From Candidatus Daviesbacteria bacterium (GTDB taxonomy: Bacteria > Patescibacteriota > Microgenomatia > Daviesbacterales > UBA10151), in NCBI GenBank assembly GCA_016184225.1, contig JACPDA010000005.1:3590-67589 (forward strand): 64,000 nucleotides of DNA. The letters are read 5' to 3'. Shown piece by piece: positions 18,291-27,559 of this stretch. The stretch's first letter is position 1; each line of letters begins with the position of its first letter. The position numbers were made by a program, and so were the translations under genes. Under the pieces are notes generated by a model. That model worked only from the letters and a program-made list of their open reading frames with translations, had not been told where the DNA came from and did not search any database.

Positions 18291-18315
18291 TGCGTCTATG
18301 TTAAACTATACGCTT

Positions 18316-18573
18316 ATGTTAGTCTGCAGTAGGTGTGGAAAAGGCAAAAATACTGTTAACTTCTCCAGGCACAAAAAGGGATCTTCCGGAGCCGGTGGAA
18401 ATTGGGCGCTGCGCGCCCCGATTCATAAAAGGGTACAAAGACCAAATCTTCATATTTTTAAAGGAGCAAAATACTGCACTAAGTGTCTCCGGATAGTTAA
18501 AAAGCCTACATTCTTTGGGTTACGGCATGAAACATCGGATAAAGAGGTTGTGGCCACCAATGCCAGGGTATAA
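18316..18573 (+). CDS. rpmB: 50S ribosomal protein L28 (Zn-binding form)
   Basis: CxxCGK...R.QRPNL...CTKC. Confidence 0.85.
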   Translation: MLVCSRCGKGKNTVNFSRHKKGSSGAGGNWALRAPIHKRVQRPNLHIFKGAKYCTKCLRIVKKPTFFGLRHETSDKEVVATNARV

Positions 18574-19225
18574 GCTGCAATAATCTGGTGATGGGGGCAA
18601 GGGCGGTTATCTGTATCTCATCTAATGCCTTACTATCCATGAATGGCATCCTGGAAAATTGCGGTTTAGCAAAGCCGGCTTCCCTAAAAAGTTTTTGTAA
18701 ACCCCAGTATGTTTGTACACTGGGGTGATAATTCTGTTGGAGCTTGAATGAATTGCCTTTAGCCCATTCCCAGAGTCGTGAAACTGGTTTATTGGGAATT
18801 TCGAAAGCGGTTAGGCCATTTGGGACTAATACTCTTCTAGCTTCAGCAAGATATTGGGGGAAGTTGACCAAATGCTCCATAGCATCAAAGCTGATGATCC
18901 AATCAAAGGACTGATTGGGGAAAGGAAGGGTGTGTGCGTCTGCATTGACAAAATTTACCTCCGGGTAGCGCTGATGCCCCTTTTTGAGTTCATCCAGGTT
19001 TAGATCGAGTGCGGTTACATTGCTGCCACGGCGGGTTAATTCCGCAGCCATGGCTCCTAATCCACAGCCGACCTCTAGGATTCTGGTGCCAGGCTTTACA
19101 GCACCTGCATTATCAATAAGGCCTACCTGTTGTAGAAACAAAAGGTTTAATCTTAAGTCGGATTGATATCCTCTTTTTTCGACGAGAGCAATAAGCTTTT
19201 GACCTAGGTCTTTTTCTATAAACAT
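18506..19225 (-). CDS. Class I SAM-dependent methyltransferase
   Basis: 'ILEVGCGLG', 'LPFPNQSFD', 'RRVLVPNG'. Confidence 0.9.
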   Translation of the reverse strand: MFIEKDLGQKLIALVEKRGYQSDLRLNLLFLQQVGLIDNAGAVKPGTRILEVGCGLGAMAAELTRRGSNVTALDLNLDELKKGHQRYPEVNFVNADAHTLPFPNQSFDWIISFDAMEHLVNFPQYLAEARRVLVPNGLTAFEIPNKPVSRLWEWAKGNSFKLQQNYHPSVQTYWGLQKLFREAGFAKPQFSRMPFMDSKALDEIQITALAPITRLLQLIPWHWWPQPLYPMFHAVTQRM

Positions 19226-19349
19226 TTCTGTTCCTTAATTGATTTAAATAATTATAGCTTACCTAAGACTAAAAATCAAACTATGGGGTTATTTTTAAAG
19301 GTTTTAGGGGTTGACGGTAAGAAAACTACCAGGTATACTACCCTATAAT

Positions 19350-21002
19350 ATGAGAACTTCTGTGGAGCACCGTCGCGAAAGAGACAATACCCCGCCGGAG
19401 GTGTTGACACTAATGAGAACAGTAGAGGCTTATCGTCAGAGACTTGCCGAGTATAAAATGGTTACCCCTGACAAAGGTGAAACTTCCCGGACGCAGATGG
19501 TATATCAAAGAGGACCTGTTCTGGCACCTTATATAGAGGAAATGCGTAATTTGTCGGTCGCTGTTCGTCACGCAGCGCAGTTTAAAATACAGGCACCTTG
19601 GATAGGAAATTATCTTCTGGGTGACATTTATACCCACCAAATCAGGTGGGTCTCGCTGGCAGACATTGAGCAGATGTCACTCCCTTTATCTTTGGTTAGC
19701 ATGAGTCAAATCAACCGGTTCCTGCGACGTTATCCATTATTAAAGTTTACCTTAAGTAAGTCTGCATTAGTAGCTCAGGAGACAGCAACCATTTTGCCGT
19801 CACTGGACATTGCCAACCCTCATAAAAAACGCTTAATTCCGCCGACGCTTCAGCCACTGCACGCCCGGATGACAGCCTACTTTGATTATTTCACCAATTT
19901 TATAACTGCTTCTCATCTGGATTCGGAGAGAGAAGAAAAATTTGTCTCTGCTGTTGTATCTGCTGGTCCGTACTTCCTGTCGGGTGTGGGGTGCTTTCTG
20001 CCGGCCCGCCTGGGCATTACTCCCTCATCTGCCTTGAAATTATTGGAAGAGAAAACTGTTTCTGGTCTCTATTCTTGGCAATGGGGGATTCTCAGAAAAA
20101 GAATGGAAAAAGAGGTCTGTCATGCTTACCCTGTGAACGGCTTTCCGGAAAATTTGCAGAAGTATCAACACTATAACCCCCAAGCGGATCAGAGAGCGAC
20201 TGAACTTCTTTTAAAAGTAAACAGCGAACAACCAGGGGGAGTGGTAGGAATTGATAATTTGTTTGAGAGACTGTGGCGTTATTGGAAAATTCTGCGCTCT
20301 GACATTTTTCGCTCCGACCGTAAATATCTTGAGTTTCCCCTTGATCATTCAGTTATCGACAGGTTGGAGGTAGCAAGTCAATATCGCCACTCGCTGACAT
20401 TTTTTGTGTTCTTCAAGGATAATCAAACCCACCTGACGCTGGAGGTAAGTAGAAATGGTCAAAGAATTTACGGCATCCCCAGGGCGTTACTTAGAGAGTT
20501 TCCTCATATTGGAGATGTTTTGGCTAAAGTTATTTTTGATCCGGTGCTGGATGATGCCCGTCGAAAACATCCTAATATCGAGCCTGCTCCCACCATAATA
20601 ACGGCAACTGTTCCCTCCGACAGGAACGGCGAGCAGGCGGATCTTGAGCCGGACGTACCGGTAAAACCTCCGAAGAGGAGACTTACCTTAGCTGTACAGA
20701 GTTTATTTCACGACTCTCCGCTTCCCCTGCCGGTTGAACCCAAAAACCGTCTTTGTGAAGTCCAATATTCCAGGACTTTGGTTGTTGAGTTGATAGGAAG
20801 GAGAGTGCAGGATAAGGTTATTGACAGAATCATGGCTACTTTGAGAGGCTTTGAATGGGGAGAGAAAAGAGCGAAAAGGTTGGCAGCTCTGCCGGGACTT
20901 TACCGGCTAAGAGTTGGAGACTGGCGGATTATACTGGAGCGTTTAGGAAGTGGGAATGCATATAGTATTTCCACTATTGATAACCGTGATAGCGTTTACT
21001 AG
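19350..21002 (+). CDS. Large hypothetical protein with C-terminal RelE/ParE-like domain
   Basis: C-terminal 'KRLAALPGLYRLRVGDWRIILE...IDNRDSVY'. Confidence 0.65.
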   Translation: MRTSVEHRRERDNTPPEVLTLMRTVEAYRQRLAEYKMVTPDKGETSRTQMVYQRGPVLAPYIEEMRNLSVAVRHAAQFKIQAPWIGNYLLGDIYTHQIRWVSLADIEQMSLPLSLVSMSQINRFLRRYPLLKFTLSKSALVAQETATILPSLDIANPHKKRLIPPTLQPLHARMTAYFDYFTNFITASHLDSEREEKFVSAVVSAGPYFLSGVGCFLPARLGITPSSALKLLEEKTVSGLYSWQWGILRKRMEKEVCHAYPVNGFPENLQKYQHYNPQADQRATELLLKVNSEQPGGVVGIDNLFERLWRYWKILRSDIFRSDRKYLEFPLDHSVIDRLEVASQYRHSLTFFVFFKDNQTHLTLEVSRNGQRIYGIPRALLREFPHIGDVLAKVIFDPVLDDARRKHPNIEPAPTIITATVPSDRNGEQADLEPDVPVKPPKRRLTLAVQSLFHDSPLPLPVEPKNRLCEVQYSRTLVVELIGRRVQDKVIDRIMATLRGFEWGEKRAKRLAALPGLYRLRVGDWRIILERLGSGNAYSISTIDNRDSVY

Positions 21003-21017
21003 GAAGCAGGTAGATAA

Positions 21018-21719
21018 TCATCTTCCAAGCAGGTTTTGAATGGGAAAATCAGGGTAGCCGTTGAGGAAGTCCCGCAGCGGTATAGCTTTTTTACCTTCCA
21101 TTTGGATTACACCCTTGGGGTGTAGCTTGACTATTTTCCCATGCCATCTGGTCCATGTGCCTGGCCAGGGATAATATGCCCTGATCATTCTGTCCAAAAT
21201 TTCCCGGGATGGAGGGTTATTGATATCAAAATAACCACTTTCTTTGGTCAGTAGGTTACAATGAGTCGCTATAGCGTGTCTTTGTAACTGAGGTTGGATT
21301 CTTCCTCGTACAAAATCTTGTATCACTTGGGGTAAAACCTCTGCTGAGTGCTGGAACATTTTTTTACTCAAAGTATCAAAAGTATCTTTATCAGATAGCT
21401 CCATTTCTTCCTGATAAAGTATTGGGCCATGATCTATCTCCTCATCCATCTTGATAATGGTAATGCCGGAAACTTTGTCACCGTTTAAAATAGCCGCTTG
21501 GATAGGAGATGGACCCCTATATTTTGGCAGTAGTGAAGGATGGATATTGATGGAGCCATATTTGGGGGCATTTAGTTCCTCTTTAGTGAGAATTTTCCCA
21601 TATGCTGCTACAACAGCTAAATCCGCCCTTTTGAGTGAATCCACCAGGGTAAAATGCTTTGCCAAAGCATCTTTGATGGGCTGGACAAAGCTGGGAGTAC
21701 CTAAAAAAGCTATTTTCAT
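21018..21719 (-). CDS. fmt: Methionyl-tRNA formyltransferase (short)
   Basis: 'INIHPSLLPKYRGPSPIQ'; next to def. Confidence 0.93.
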   Translation of the reverse strand: MKIAFLGTPSFVQPIKDALAKHFTLVDSLKRADLAVVAAYGKILTKEELNAPKYGSINIHPSLLPKYRGPSPIQAAILNGDKVSGITIIKMDEEIDHGPILYQEEMELSDKDTFDTLSKKMFQHSAEVLPQVIQDFVRGRIQPQLQRHAIATHCNLLTKESGYFDINNPPSREILDRMIRAYYPWPGTWTRWHGKIVKLHPKGVIQMEGKKAIPLRDFLNGYPDFPIQNLLGR

Positions 21720-21721
21720 AA

Positions 21722-21802
21722 TAGTCGTCAGTATCGCTTCGCTTTCAGCTGTCAGCTTTCAGACTTAAAATAAAATGTCTGAAGACTGACGACTGAAAGC
21801 TA
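21722..21802. mobile_element. Gene-less inverted heptamer element (family A) between def and fmt
   Basis: tagtcgtcag...ctttcagac-ttaaaataaaat-gtctgaagactgacgactgaaagcta; its terminal TAG is the def stop. Confidence 0.8.
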
Positions 21803-22318
21803 TATTGTGACCTCCTGGAACACATCTGTTCCTGTTTTATCTTTGCCTGTGTACTTATAAAACTTACCTTTCTGCTCCAGCACCCGGTCTGAGAATAAAA
21901 TCCCGTTTAAGTGATCTATTTCATGCTGGAAGATCCAGGCTAATACCCCTTTTAACGGTACGGTAATGGTTTGCCCCTGGTTGTCAAGGTAGCTAACTTT
22001 AATATTGGTCGCCCTTCTAACTTCTCCCCACATATTCGGAACAGATAAGCAGCCTTCAAAATATTGTTTAGTCCGCTTTCCGACAAAGATGATTTTAGGG
22101 TTAATGACGGGGATAAATTTAGTAGTATCTTTAGCCACAAAAAAACTCTCTGCCAGTCCTACTTGAGTAGAAGCCAAACCCACACCCTCCGGCTCTTTAA
22201 AGGTTTTCGTGAGCCTCACCATTTCTCTTAAGGTATTTTTTAGTGCTTGGTTAATTTTTTTAACCGGCTTGGTTTTAACTCTTAATTTTGGATCTGGTGC
22301 TTTAACTACAGATAACAT
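21800..22318 (-). CDS. def: Peptide deformylase
   Basis: 'GVGLASTQ', 'EGCLS', 'QHEIDHLNG'. Confidence 0.96.
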   Translation of the reverse strand: MLSVVKAPDPKLRVKTKPVKKINQALKNTLREMVRLTKTFKEPEGVGLASTQVGLAESFFVAKDTTKFIPVINPKIIFVGKRTKQYFEGCLSVPNMWGEVRRATNIKVSYLDNQGQTITVPLKGVLAWIFQHEIDHLNGILFSDRVLEQKGKFYKYTGKDKTGTDVFQEVTI

Positions 22319-22354
22319 GAAGGAATTGTAACATTTCTTTGTTATAATTGAAAA

Positions 22355-22660
22355 ATGAGCTACAAAGAACACTATATTCCTAGAACTCCAGAATTAGCAG
22401 CCGGGTTTGCTGCTTTTATGAAAGAAAAGGGGGTAAATATAGCCCGACTAACAGAGCATGCAGGAGTTAGTTACGAGTCAGTACGATTGGTCCTAGATCC
22501 GAATTTCCACACCAGGAGAAGATCGAGAGTTAGTAAGCCACTTTTTCTTAAAATGATAACATCCATGACTGACAACTTGGAAGAAGTGCGTCGGCAATGT
22601 GAAAAAGCCGCTATCCCTATATTCCGCTTACCCGGTGAGCAAATAATGACACTAGTGTAA
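22355..22660 (+). CDS. Hypothetical HTH-like protein
   Basis: 'IARLTEHAGVSYESVR' is HTH-like. Confidence 0.45.
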   Translation: MSYKEHYIPRTPELAAGFAAFMKEKGVNIARLTEHAGVSYESVRLVLDPNFHTRRRSRVSKPLFLKMITSMTDNLEEVRRQCEKAAIPIFRLPGEQIMTLV

Positions 22661-22663
22661 TTT

Positions 22664-22924
22664 TCATTTTTGCTTTAATTGTTGCAATCTCCACATAAAG
22701 ATCCGGGCTTTGGATTTAGCGCTGTAATATCCTTTGGTAAAATTTAAGGCTTCCTCTAAGGTGTTGCGGTCAACCTCTTTGGCCAGTTTGATATAGAGTG
22801 AATAATGCTTGGTATCTTGCAAACTTTCAGCCAAATACACCCCATACATTTGGAATTCCTTGGAAATATTCTTAGGTCTATCCTTAAACTTAACTTCAGC
22901 GATGGCTTTTCCGATGGATTTCAT
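22664..22924 (-). CDS. Hypothetical protein
   Basis: 86-aa ORF in an operon-like arrangement. Confidence 0.65.
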   Translation of the reverse strand: MKSIGKAIAEVKFKDRPKNISKEFQMYGVYLAESLQDTKHYSLYIKLAKEVDRNTLEEALNFTKGYYSAKSKARIFMWRLQQLKQK

Positions 22925-22926
22925 AA

Positions 22927-23338
22927 TAGTAGTCAGTTGTCAGCTGTCAGCTTTCAGACTTTTAATGAGTCCGGAAAGCATGGCGCTAATTTGATCAACT
23001 TCACTAATAATTCCATTGAGTGTTTTATCATTTGCCATCTTAAGGGTAATTGCAATTTCTAATCCGGCAATTACTTCATAAGCTGATCTCTGTGCCATTC
23101 TCAGAAACCTCCTGAATTCTGCATCTGATCCAGAACCAGATCCCTCTGCGATGTTTAAGCAAATACTTACAGCAGCTCTTCTTATTTGATCTACAAGACC
23201 ATATTTTTCTTCCTTCGGAAATTTAGAAGTAATCTTATAGGTGAGTGACACAAACTGAATTGACCGCTGCCATACTGTAAGTTTTCTAAATTTATGTGTA
23301 TTCATGTCTGACGACTGATGACTGATAGCTGAAAGCTA
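22927..23338. mobile_element. Filled family-A element: 33-bp inverted heptamer arms enclosing a four-helix-bundle gene
   Basis: Left 22927-22959 tagtagtcagttgtcagctgtcagctttcagac; right 23306-23338 gtctgacgactgatgactgatagctgaaagcta. Confidence 0.8.
22940..23305 (-). CDS. Four helix bundle protein (IVS/Avd-like)
   Basis: 'FRKLTVWQ...FPKEEKYGLVDQIRRAAVSICLNIAEG'. Confidence 0.93.
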   Translation of the reverse strand: MNTHKFRKLTVWQRSIQFVSLTYKITSKFPKEEKYGLVDQIRRAAVSICLNIAEGSGSGSDAEFRRFLRMAQRSAYEVIAGLEIAITLKMANDKTLNGIISEVDQISAMLSGLIKSLKADS

Positions 23339-25390
23339 TTTTGTGTTTCCAGATCCAGTGGCCTCCTTCAGCTGGGCTAATGCTTCCAAATAATTGGGTT
23401 TTAACTGTATGGCTTTTTGAAGCGCCTCAATTTGCTCCTCCTTTTTATCAATACTTTCTAAGATCAAAGCTTTATTGTAGTAAAGTTTGGGGTCGGTTGG
23501 GGCCAACTTAATGGCCGCATCAAGTGTTTCCAGGGTTTTAGACAGATAGTTTTTATCAATGGGGGCCAGCTCAAAATAAGTCCGGACAGCTGTTCGGTAG
23601 AAGGAAACATTTTTGGGGTGCTCCTTTAAAACTTTGGCAGTTTGCAAGACAGCTTCATCTTTGAGGGTTGCAGAGAGGCTGGCATCTGTACTTTCTAAAC
23701 TGGCTGCCGACTCTGCGGCTGAGAATGCCAGCTCGGAGCGGTAAAAAGGCTCATTTTTATTTAAACTTGAAGCGACTGTCAGTAAATTGTATGCCCGGCC
23801 GGGATTACCTGCATCAGAGGACCGCTCACCTCTGGCAAAAAAGGTGTCAGCATACCAGAGCTGGAAGATGGAATACAGAAGATAGATTGCAGAAAAAATT
23901 ACGATGCCTTTGGCAATTTTGGTATAAATTTTTCGATGGTATAAGATAGGGTATAGGGTATAGGGTATAGGGTATAGTTTTTTAGGCCACTTGAAAGCCC
24001 TTAAGGAATCAGTGGCTACAAAGGCTAAAGCCGGGAAGAGGTAGAAAAAGATGGCAATAATGACAACGGAAAAAAGGAAGAAGTTGTAGATTAAGTAGGA
24101 GATGTAGGCAGCTAAAATTGAAGCAAGAATTATGAAGTATGAATTATGGTTTTGATCCTTAATTCTTGATTCATGATTCATAATTCGTTTGATACACCAG
24201 TATATAAATGTTCCAATAACCAACATGTATGTCCCGAATCCCACAATTCCGGTGGTAGAGAGATTATTTAAATACTCATTGTGGGCTTTGTTGTATAAAA
24301 AATCCCACTCACTTGTTAAGTTATGTTCAACCGGACGGTATTGGTAGTAGGAGTAGGCAAAAGTTTCTACCCCTGAGCCGAAGAGGGGATAATTTTTAAA
24401 TATATCTAAAGCCCCTTTCCAGACAATAAACCTGATTTGGCCTGATTCGGTGCCGCCGTTTTCCAGCTGTGTACCTGATTGGGCAGGTAAGGCTATGCTT
24501 GGTCTGGCCGGAGCTGCAAATTTGGAAATTAGCCTAAAGCTGGTCAAGGCAGAGCCAAAAAGGAGGTTGATGATTAGAAAGGATGTAATGGTAACGGCTA
24601 ATAATTTAGCATTGTCATTCTGGGGAGAAGCGGAGCGACGACTCCAGAATCGATTCTGGACAAGCCAGAATGACAGAAATACTGCCCCGCCTATCAGTCC
24701 CAAGGTTGGGCCCCGGGAATAGGTAAAGGTAAAAGCCAAATAATATGTAGTAAGTATTATGTAGTATGTATAAAGGGATAATTTTTTAGTCTCAGTTAAG
24801 AGGAAATACAGAGCCGGGAAGATCAGCATGGCTAAGTAGCTGGCCAGCCAGTTTGGTTGGCCTAGGGTGGCAAAAACCCGGGCCTGGACATCCTGGATCC
24901 AGCAGCTGGCATTGAATTCCCCCCTTAAAATTACACAAGAAGGAGAAACACCGAAATGTTCTAGGATTGCCCATAGGGAAATTATAAATCCGGAGGCCAG
25001 TCCAAATTTTAAAGTGGTTTTAACTTTCCCAAAGTCCATGTTGGAAACAAACGCCCAATATAATAATAGGTAGGAGATGATGGATAAAAGCCCGCCGTTT
25101 GAGCGGGAATAATAACCCCAAATTGAAGTGTGTGGATCAATGGAAAAAATAGTGGAAAAGATGTTGGCTCCCAGGAAAAGCAGCAGGGGAATATCAAGAG
25201 GAGTCCGATTAAAGATTAATGATTTCTGATTAATGATTTTAAGAAGCCAGGCCCCGACGATAATTACGGTCAAGCCGTAAACCAAAATCATCTTGTTGTA
25301 TTCAAAAAGCTCGTAATTTGCAGAGGACCAAAAAAACGGGGTGAGAAAAAAGAGGGCATAAAATGAGTAAGCGATTATTTTAGTAGCCAT
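23336..25390 (-). CDS. O-antigen ligase-like membrane protein with C-terminal TPR
   Basis: 'ATLGQPNWL', 'TYSRG', 'R..VWKGAL...PLFGSG', 'KAHNEYL'; TPR tail. Confidence 0.85.
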   Translation of the reverse strand: MATKIIAYSFYALFFLTPFFWSSANYELFEYNKMILVYGLTVIIVGAWLLKIINQKSLIFNRTPLDIPLLLFLGANIFSTIFSIDPHTSIWGYYSRSNGGLLSIISYLLLYWAFVSNMDFGKVKTTLKFGLASGFIISLWAILEHFGVSPSCVILRGEFNASCWIQDVQARVFATLGQPNWLASYLAMLIFPALYFLLTETKKLSLYTYYIILTTYYLAFTFTYSRGPTLGLIGGAVFLSFWLVQNRFWSRRSASPQNDNAKLLAVTITSFLIINLLFGSALTSFRLISKFAAPARPSIALPAQSGTQLENGGTESGQIRFIVWKGALDIFKNYPLFGSGVETFAYSYYQYRPVEHNLTSEWDFLYNKAHNEYLNNLSTTGIVGFGTYMLVIGTFIYWCIKRIMNHESRIKDQNHNSYFIILASILAAYISYLIYNFFLFSVVIIAIFFYLFPALAFVATDSLRAFKWPKKLYPIPYTLYPILYHRKIYTKIAKGIVIFSAIYLLYSIFQLWYADTFFARGERSSDAGNPGRAYNLLTVASSLNKNEPFYRSELAFSAAESAASLESTDASLSATLKDEAVLQTAKVLKEHPKNVSFYRTAVRTYFELAPIDKNYLSKTLETLDAAIKLAPTDPKLYYNKALILESIDKKEEQIEALQKAIQLKPNYLEALAQLKEATGSGNTK
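24613..24675. repeat. 63-bp TGTCATTCTG...CAGAATGACA palindromic element, in frame in the O-antigen ligase gene
   Basis: Inverted termini; relatives in topA (44918-44990) and tig (59849-59882). Confidence 0.8.
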
Positions 25391-25460
25391 CAGTCGTCAG
25401 TCGTCAGTCGTCAGACAAATCAGAAAAATCTGAAAGCTGAAGGCTGATAGCTGACGACTA
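25384..25460. mobile_element. Gene-less inverted heptamer element (family A)
   Basis: tagccatcagtcgtcagtcgtcagtcgtcagac-aaatcagaaaa-atctgaaagctgaaggctgatagctgacgacta; spacer is the reverse complement of the spacer at 54351-54361. Confidence 0.85.
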
Positions 25461-25548
25461 TTATCCTAACAGAGAGCAGCTGGCGGAGCAAGTAGTTGAC
25501 CCGCAAAATTGAACTCTTGTGCAGTTTCGGCTATACTACAAGTCAATT

Positions 25549-26648
25549 ATGCTTGGACTTGAGAGGGCCACATTTGAAGCCATAGGTCAATGGGGTAAGT
25601 CAAACAGTCTCCGTTACGCTGTCATGGAGATAAACAGAGGATGCAATAGGCGTTGTGACTATTGTACGGTTCCTTCCCGGTGGAATCCGGCAGAGGAATT
25701 GACAGTTGCGCAAACCCGTAGGAATATCGACTGGTTATATGGTCAAGGTAGCCGGGCTTTAAGCATAGAGGGGGGGAACCACTTGAAGAATCTTTGTATA
25801 CTAAAGAGGGGATTCCTTTTTATGATCATACGCTGGCAGCAGTGGAATATGCTGCTAAAAAGAGAATGCTGGTAGGTATAGCCACTAACGGAGATGATCT
25901 TACCAGAGATAAAACCAGAGCCTTAAGAAAAAGTGGGCTCCTCAGTATGACACTCTCTCTTCATACTGAGACCAAAAAAGGTTTGGATCATTTAATTAAA
26001 GGAGGGAGAATGGCAGCCGAGGAAGGGATTATCCCGACAATTCAGGTGGTGGCGACCAGTCAAACAGCAGACAGTTTACCCGGAATTGCTGCCTATACTG
26101 TAGAGAATGGCATACTTATTAGCGCGACTGTTGTACAGGAAAAAGGAGTTAATTTTTCAGCCGTTCCAACAGGGGAAAGTTTAGTACCAAGCTTAGAACA
26201 ATTAACGACTGCATATAGAGGCTTACGCGGCTTAAAAAAATTCGGGTTAGTCAGAAACAACCGGAATTTTCTGTCTAGAAGCGATGAATATTTTCCAAAT
26301 AGATGGAAATGTGACCCAGAGAAGGATCATTTCATCCATATTGGTGCCGGAGGGACAATTGATGTGTGTCAAGAAGTCAGAACCAATTTAACGTTTGATG
26401 ATATCAGTGGCCTGAAAGACCCGGAATGGAGAAAACAAAAGGAGGCATTAGTTGAAGAGTGCAACTGTTTGTACCAATGCTATTTTGAAGCATCCAATCC
26501 TGATATTAAAGGAGATTTGACTACAATTGGTGTGGCCTTATTGATTAGAAATGGTGGAGCAGGTTTAGTCAGAAAATGGGGACAATTTGCGGCAGATAGA
26601 GTTAAGAGATTAGAGCCAGATATAGATTGGACTTTGAGTCTCAATTAA
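25549..26648 (+). pseudogene. Radical SAM protein split by a frameshift in a G7 tract
   Basis: CxxxCxxC 'CNRRCDYC' in ORF1; one extra G at 25770-25776 restores 'GGEP' and joins ORF2 with its SPASM-like cysteines. Confidence 0.75.
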
Positions 26649-26676
26649 ATACTAGCCCTTAGGGTATTGAGGATGA
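26647..26676 (+). repeat. 30-bp perfect direct repeat, left of the TA cassette
   Basis: aaatactagcccttagggtattgaggatga, identical at 27357-27386. Confidence 0.9.
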
Positions 26677-26684
26677 CTACTGTA

Positions 26685-27068
26685 TCAATTTTTAAAAAGT
26701 TTTAAGCCCTTAATTTTTTTGAAATCCTTTATATTTAAAGTGGCAAGGTTTAAGCCGTGAAGCATTGAGGTGGCGGCAATAATGGCATCAACAATTCCTA
26801 AATTATACCGGACACGGATTTCTCCGGCTTTTTCTGAAACATTTTCCTCTAACGGGAGTATTCTTATGCCGGCTAGAATATTTTTCAAATGATTTCGCAC
26901 AGACTCTTTTTCCCAAACGCTTTTACCGGCGTAACTTTCTGTATGGGTCAGGATGGAAGCGAATAGACTATGTTTGTTTTGAAACAACCTGTAAAGAATG
27001 GTCTGCTTTTTGTTTTTTAAACGCAGGTGATCAATAATAATTGAGGTGTCAATGAGTATCTTGCCCAT
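26685..27068 (-). CDS. PIN-domain VapC toxin
   Basis: 'ILIDTSIIID', 'DAIIAAT', 'TLNIKDF'. Confidence 0.9.
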   Translation of the reverse strand: MGKILIDTSIIIDHLRLKNKKQTILYRLFQNKHSLFASILTHTESYAGKSVWEKESVRNHLKNILAGIRILPLEENVSEKAGEIRVRYNLGIVDAIIAATSMLHGLNLATLNIKDFKKIKGLKLFKN

Positions 27069-27069
27069 T

Positions 27070-27315
27070 TTACCAGTCATACATCCTGGCTCTTTTTTTG
27101 AGCCCCGACCTCATTTTTTTGTAATCCTTATAATCTCTTTCAGTAAACCAATCAGTAGGGGCAAGCAGAATTTTTTCATAATTATCAGGCCTTTTTTGGC
27201 CGACTTTCTCTCTTATAACGGCAGAGAGGCTTTTTCTTTTTTTGGCAGCTTCCTCCTTGAGCCTTAAATAGTCTTCTTCAGGAAGCCTGATATTGGTTAC
27301 AACATAGTTATTCAT
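27070..27315 (-). CDS. RHH/CopG-type antitoxin (VapB)
   Basis: 'TNIRLPEEDYLRLKEEA...SLSAVIRE'; upstream of the PIN gene. Confidence 0.8.
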   Translation of the reverse strand: MNNYVVTNIRLPEEDYLRLKEEAAKKRKSLSAVIREKVGQKRPDNYEKILLAPTDWFTERDYKDYKKMRSGLKKRARMYDW

Positions 27316-27356
27316 ACACCACTATTGTATCATTGTATTGAAATTTGTCAAGATTC

Positions 27357-27386
27357 AAATACTAGCCCTTAGGGTATTGAGGATGA
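27357..27386 (+). repeat. 30-bp perfect direct repeat, right of the TA cassette
   Basis: Identical to 26647-26676. Confidence 0.9.
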
Positions 27387-27416
27387 TGGCTGATTATTCC
27401 TGGTATACTTAAGATT

Positions 27417-27518
27417 ATGGAAGGGAAGTGGCAGATAGAGTTGTATGAGAATGCCGAAGGGGAAAAGCTTGTTGAAGAATTTTTTGATTCGTTAGATAAA
27501 AAAGCCAAAAATAATTGA
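27417..27518 (+). pseudogene. Truncated HigB/RelE-like toxin (N-terminal 33 aa)
   Basis: MEGKWQIELYENAEGEKLVEEFFDSLDKKAKNN*, upstream of an XRE antitoxin. Confidence 0.6.
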
Positions 27519-27527
27519 CCATTGAAA

Positions 27528-27547
27528 ATATCGCAGATTTGCGATAT
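27528..27547. promoter_or_regulatory. Palindromic operator upstream of the XRE gene
   Basis: atatcgca-gatt-tgcgatat. Confidence 0.5.
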
Positions 27548-27559
27548 AGTATATTTACT

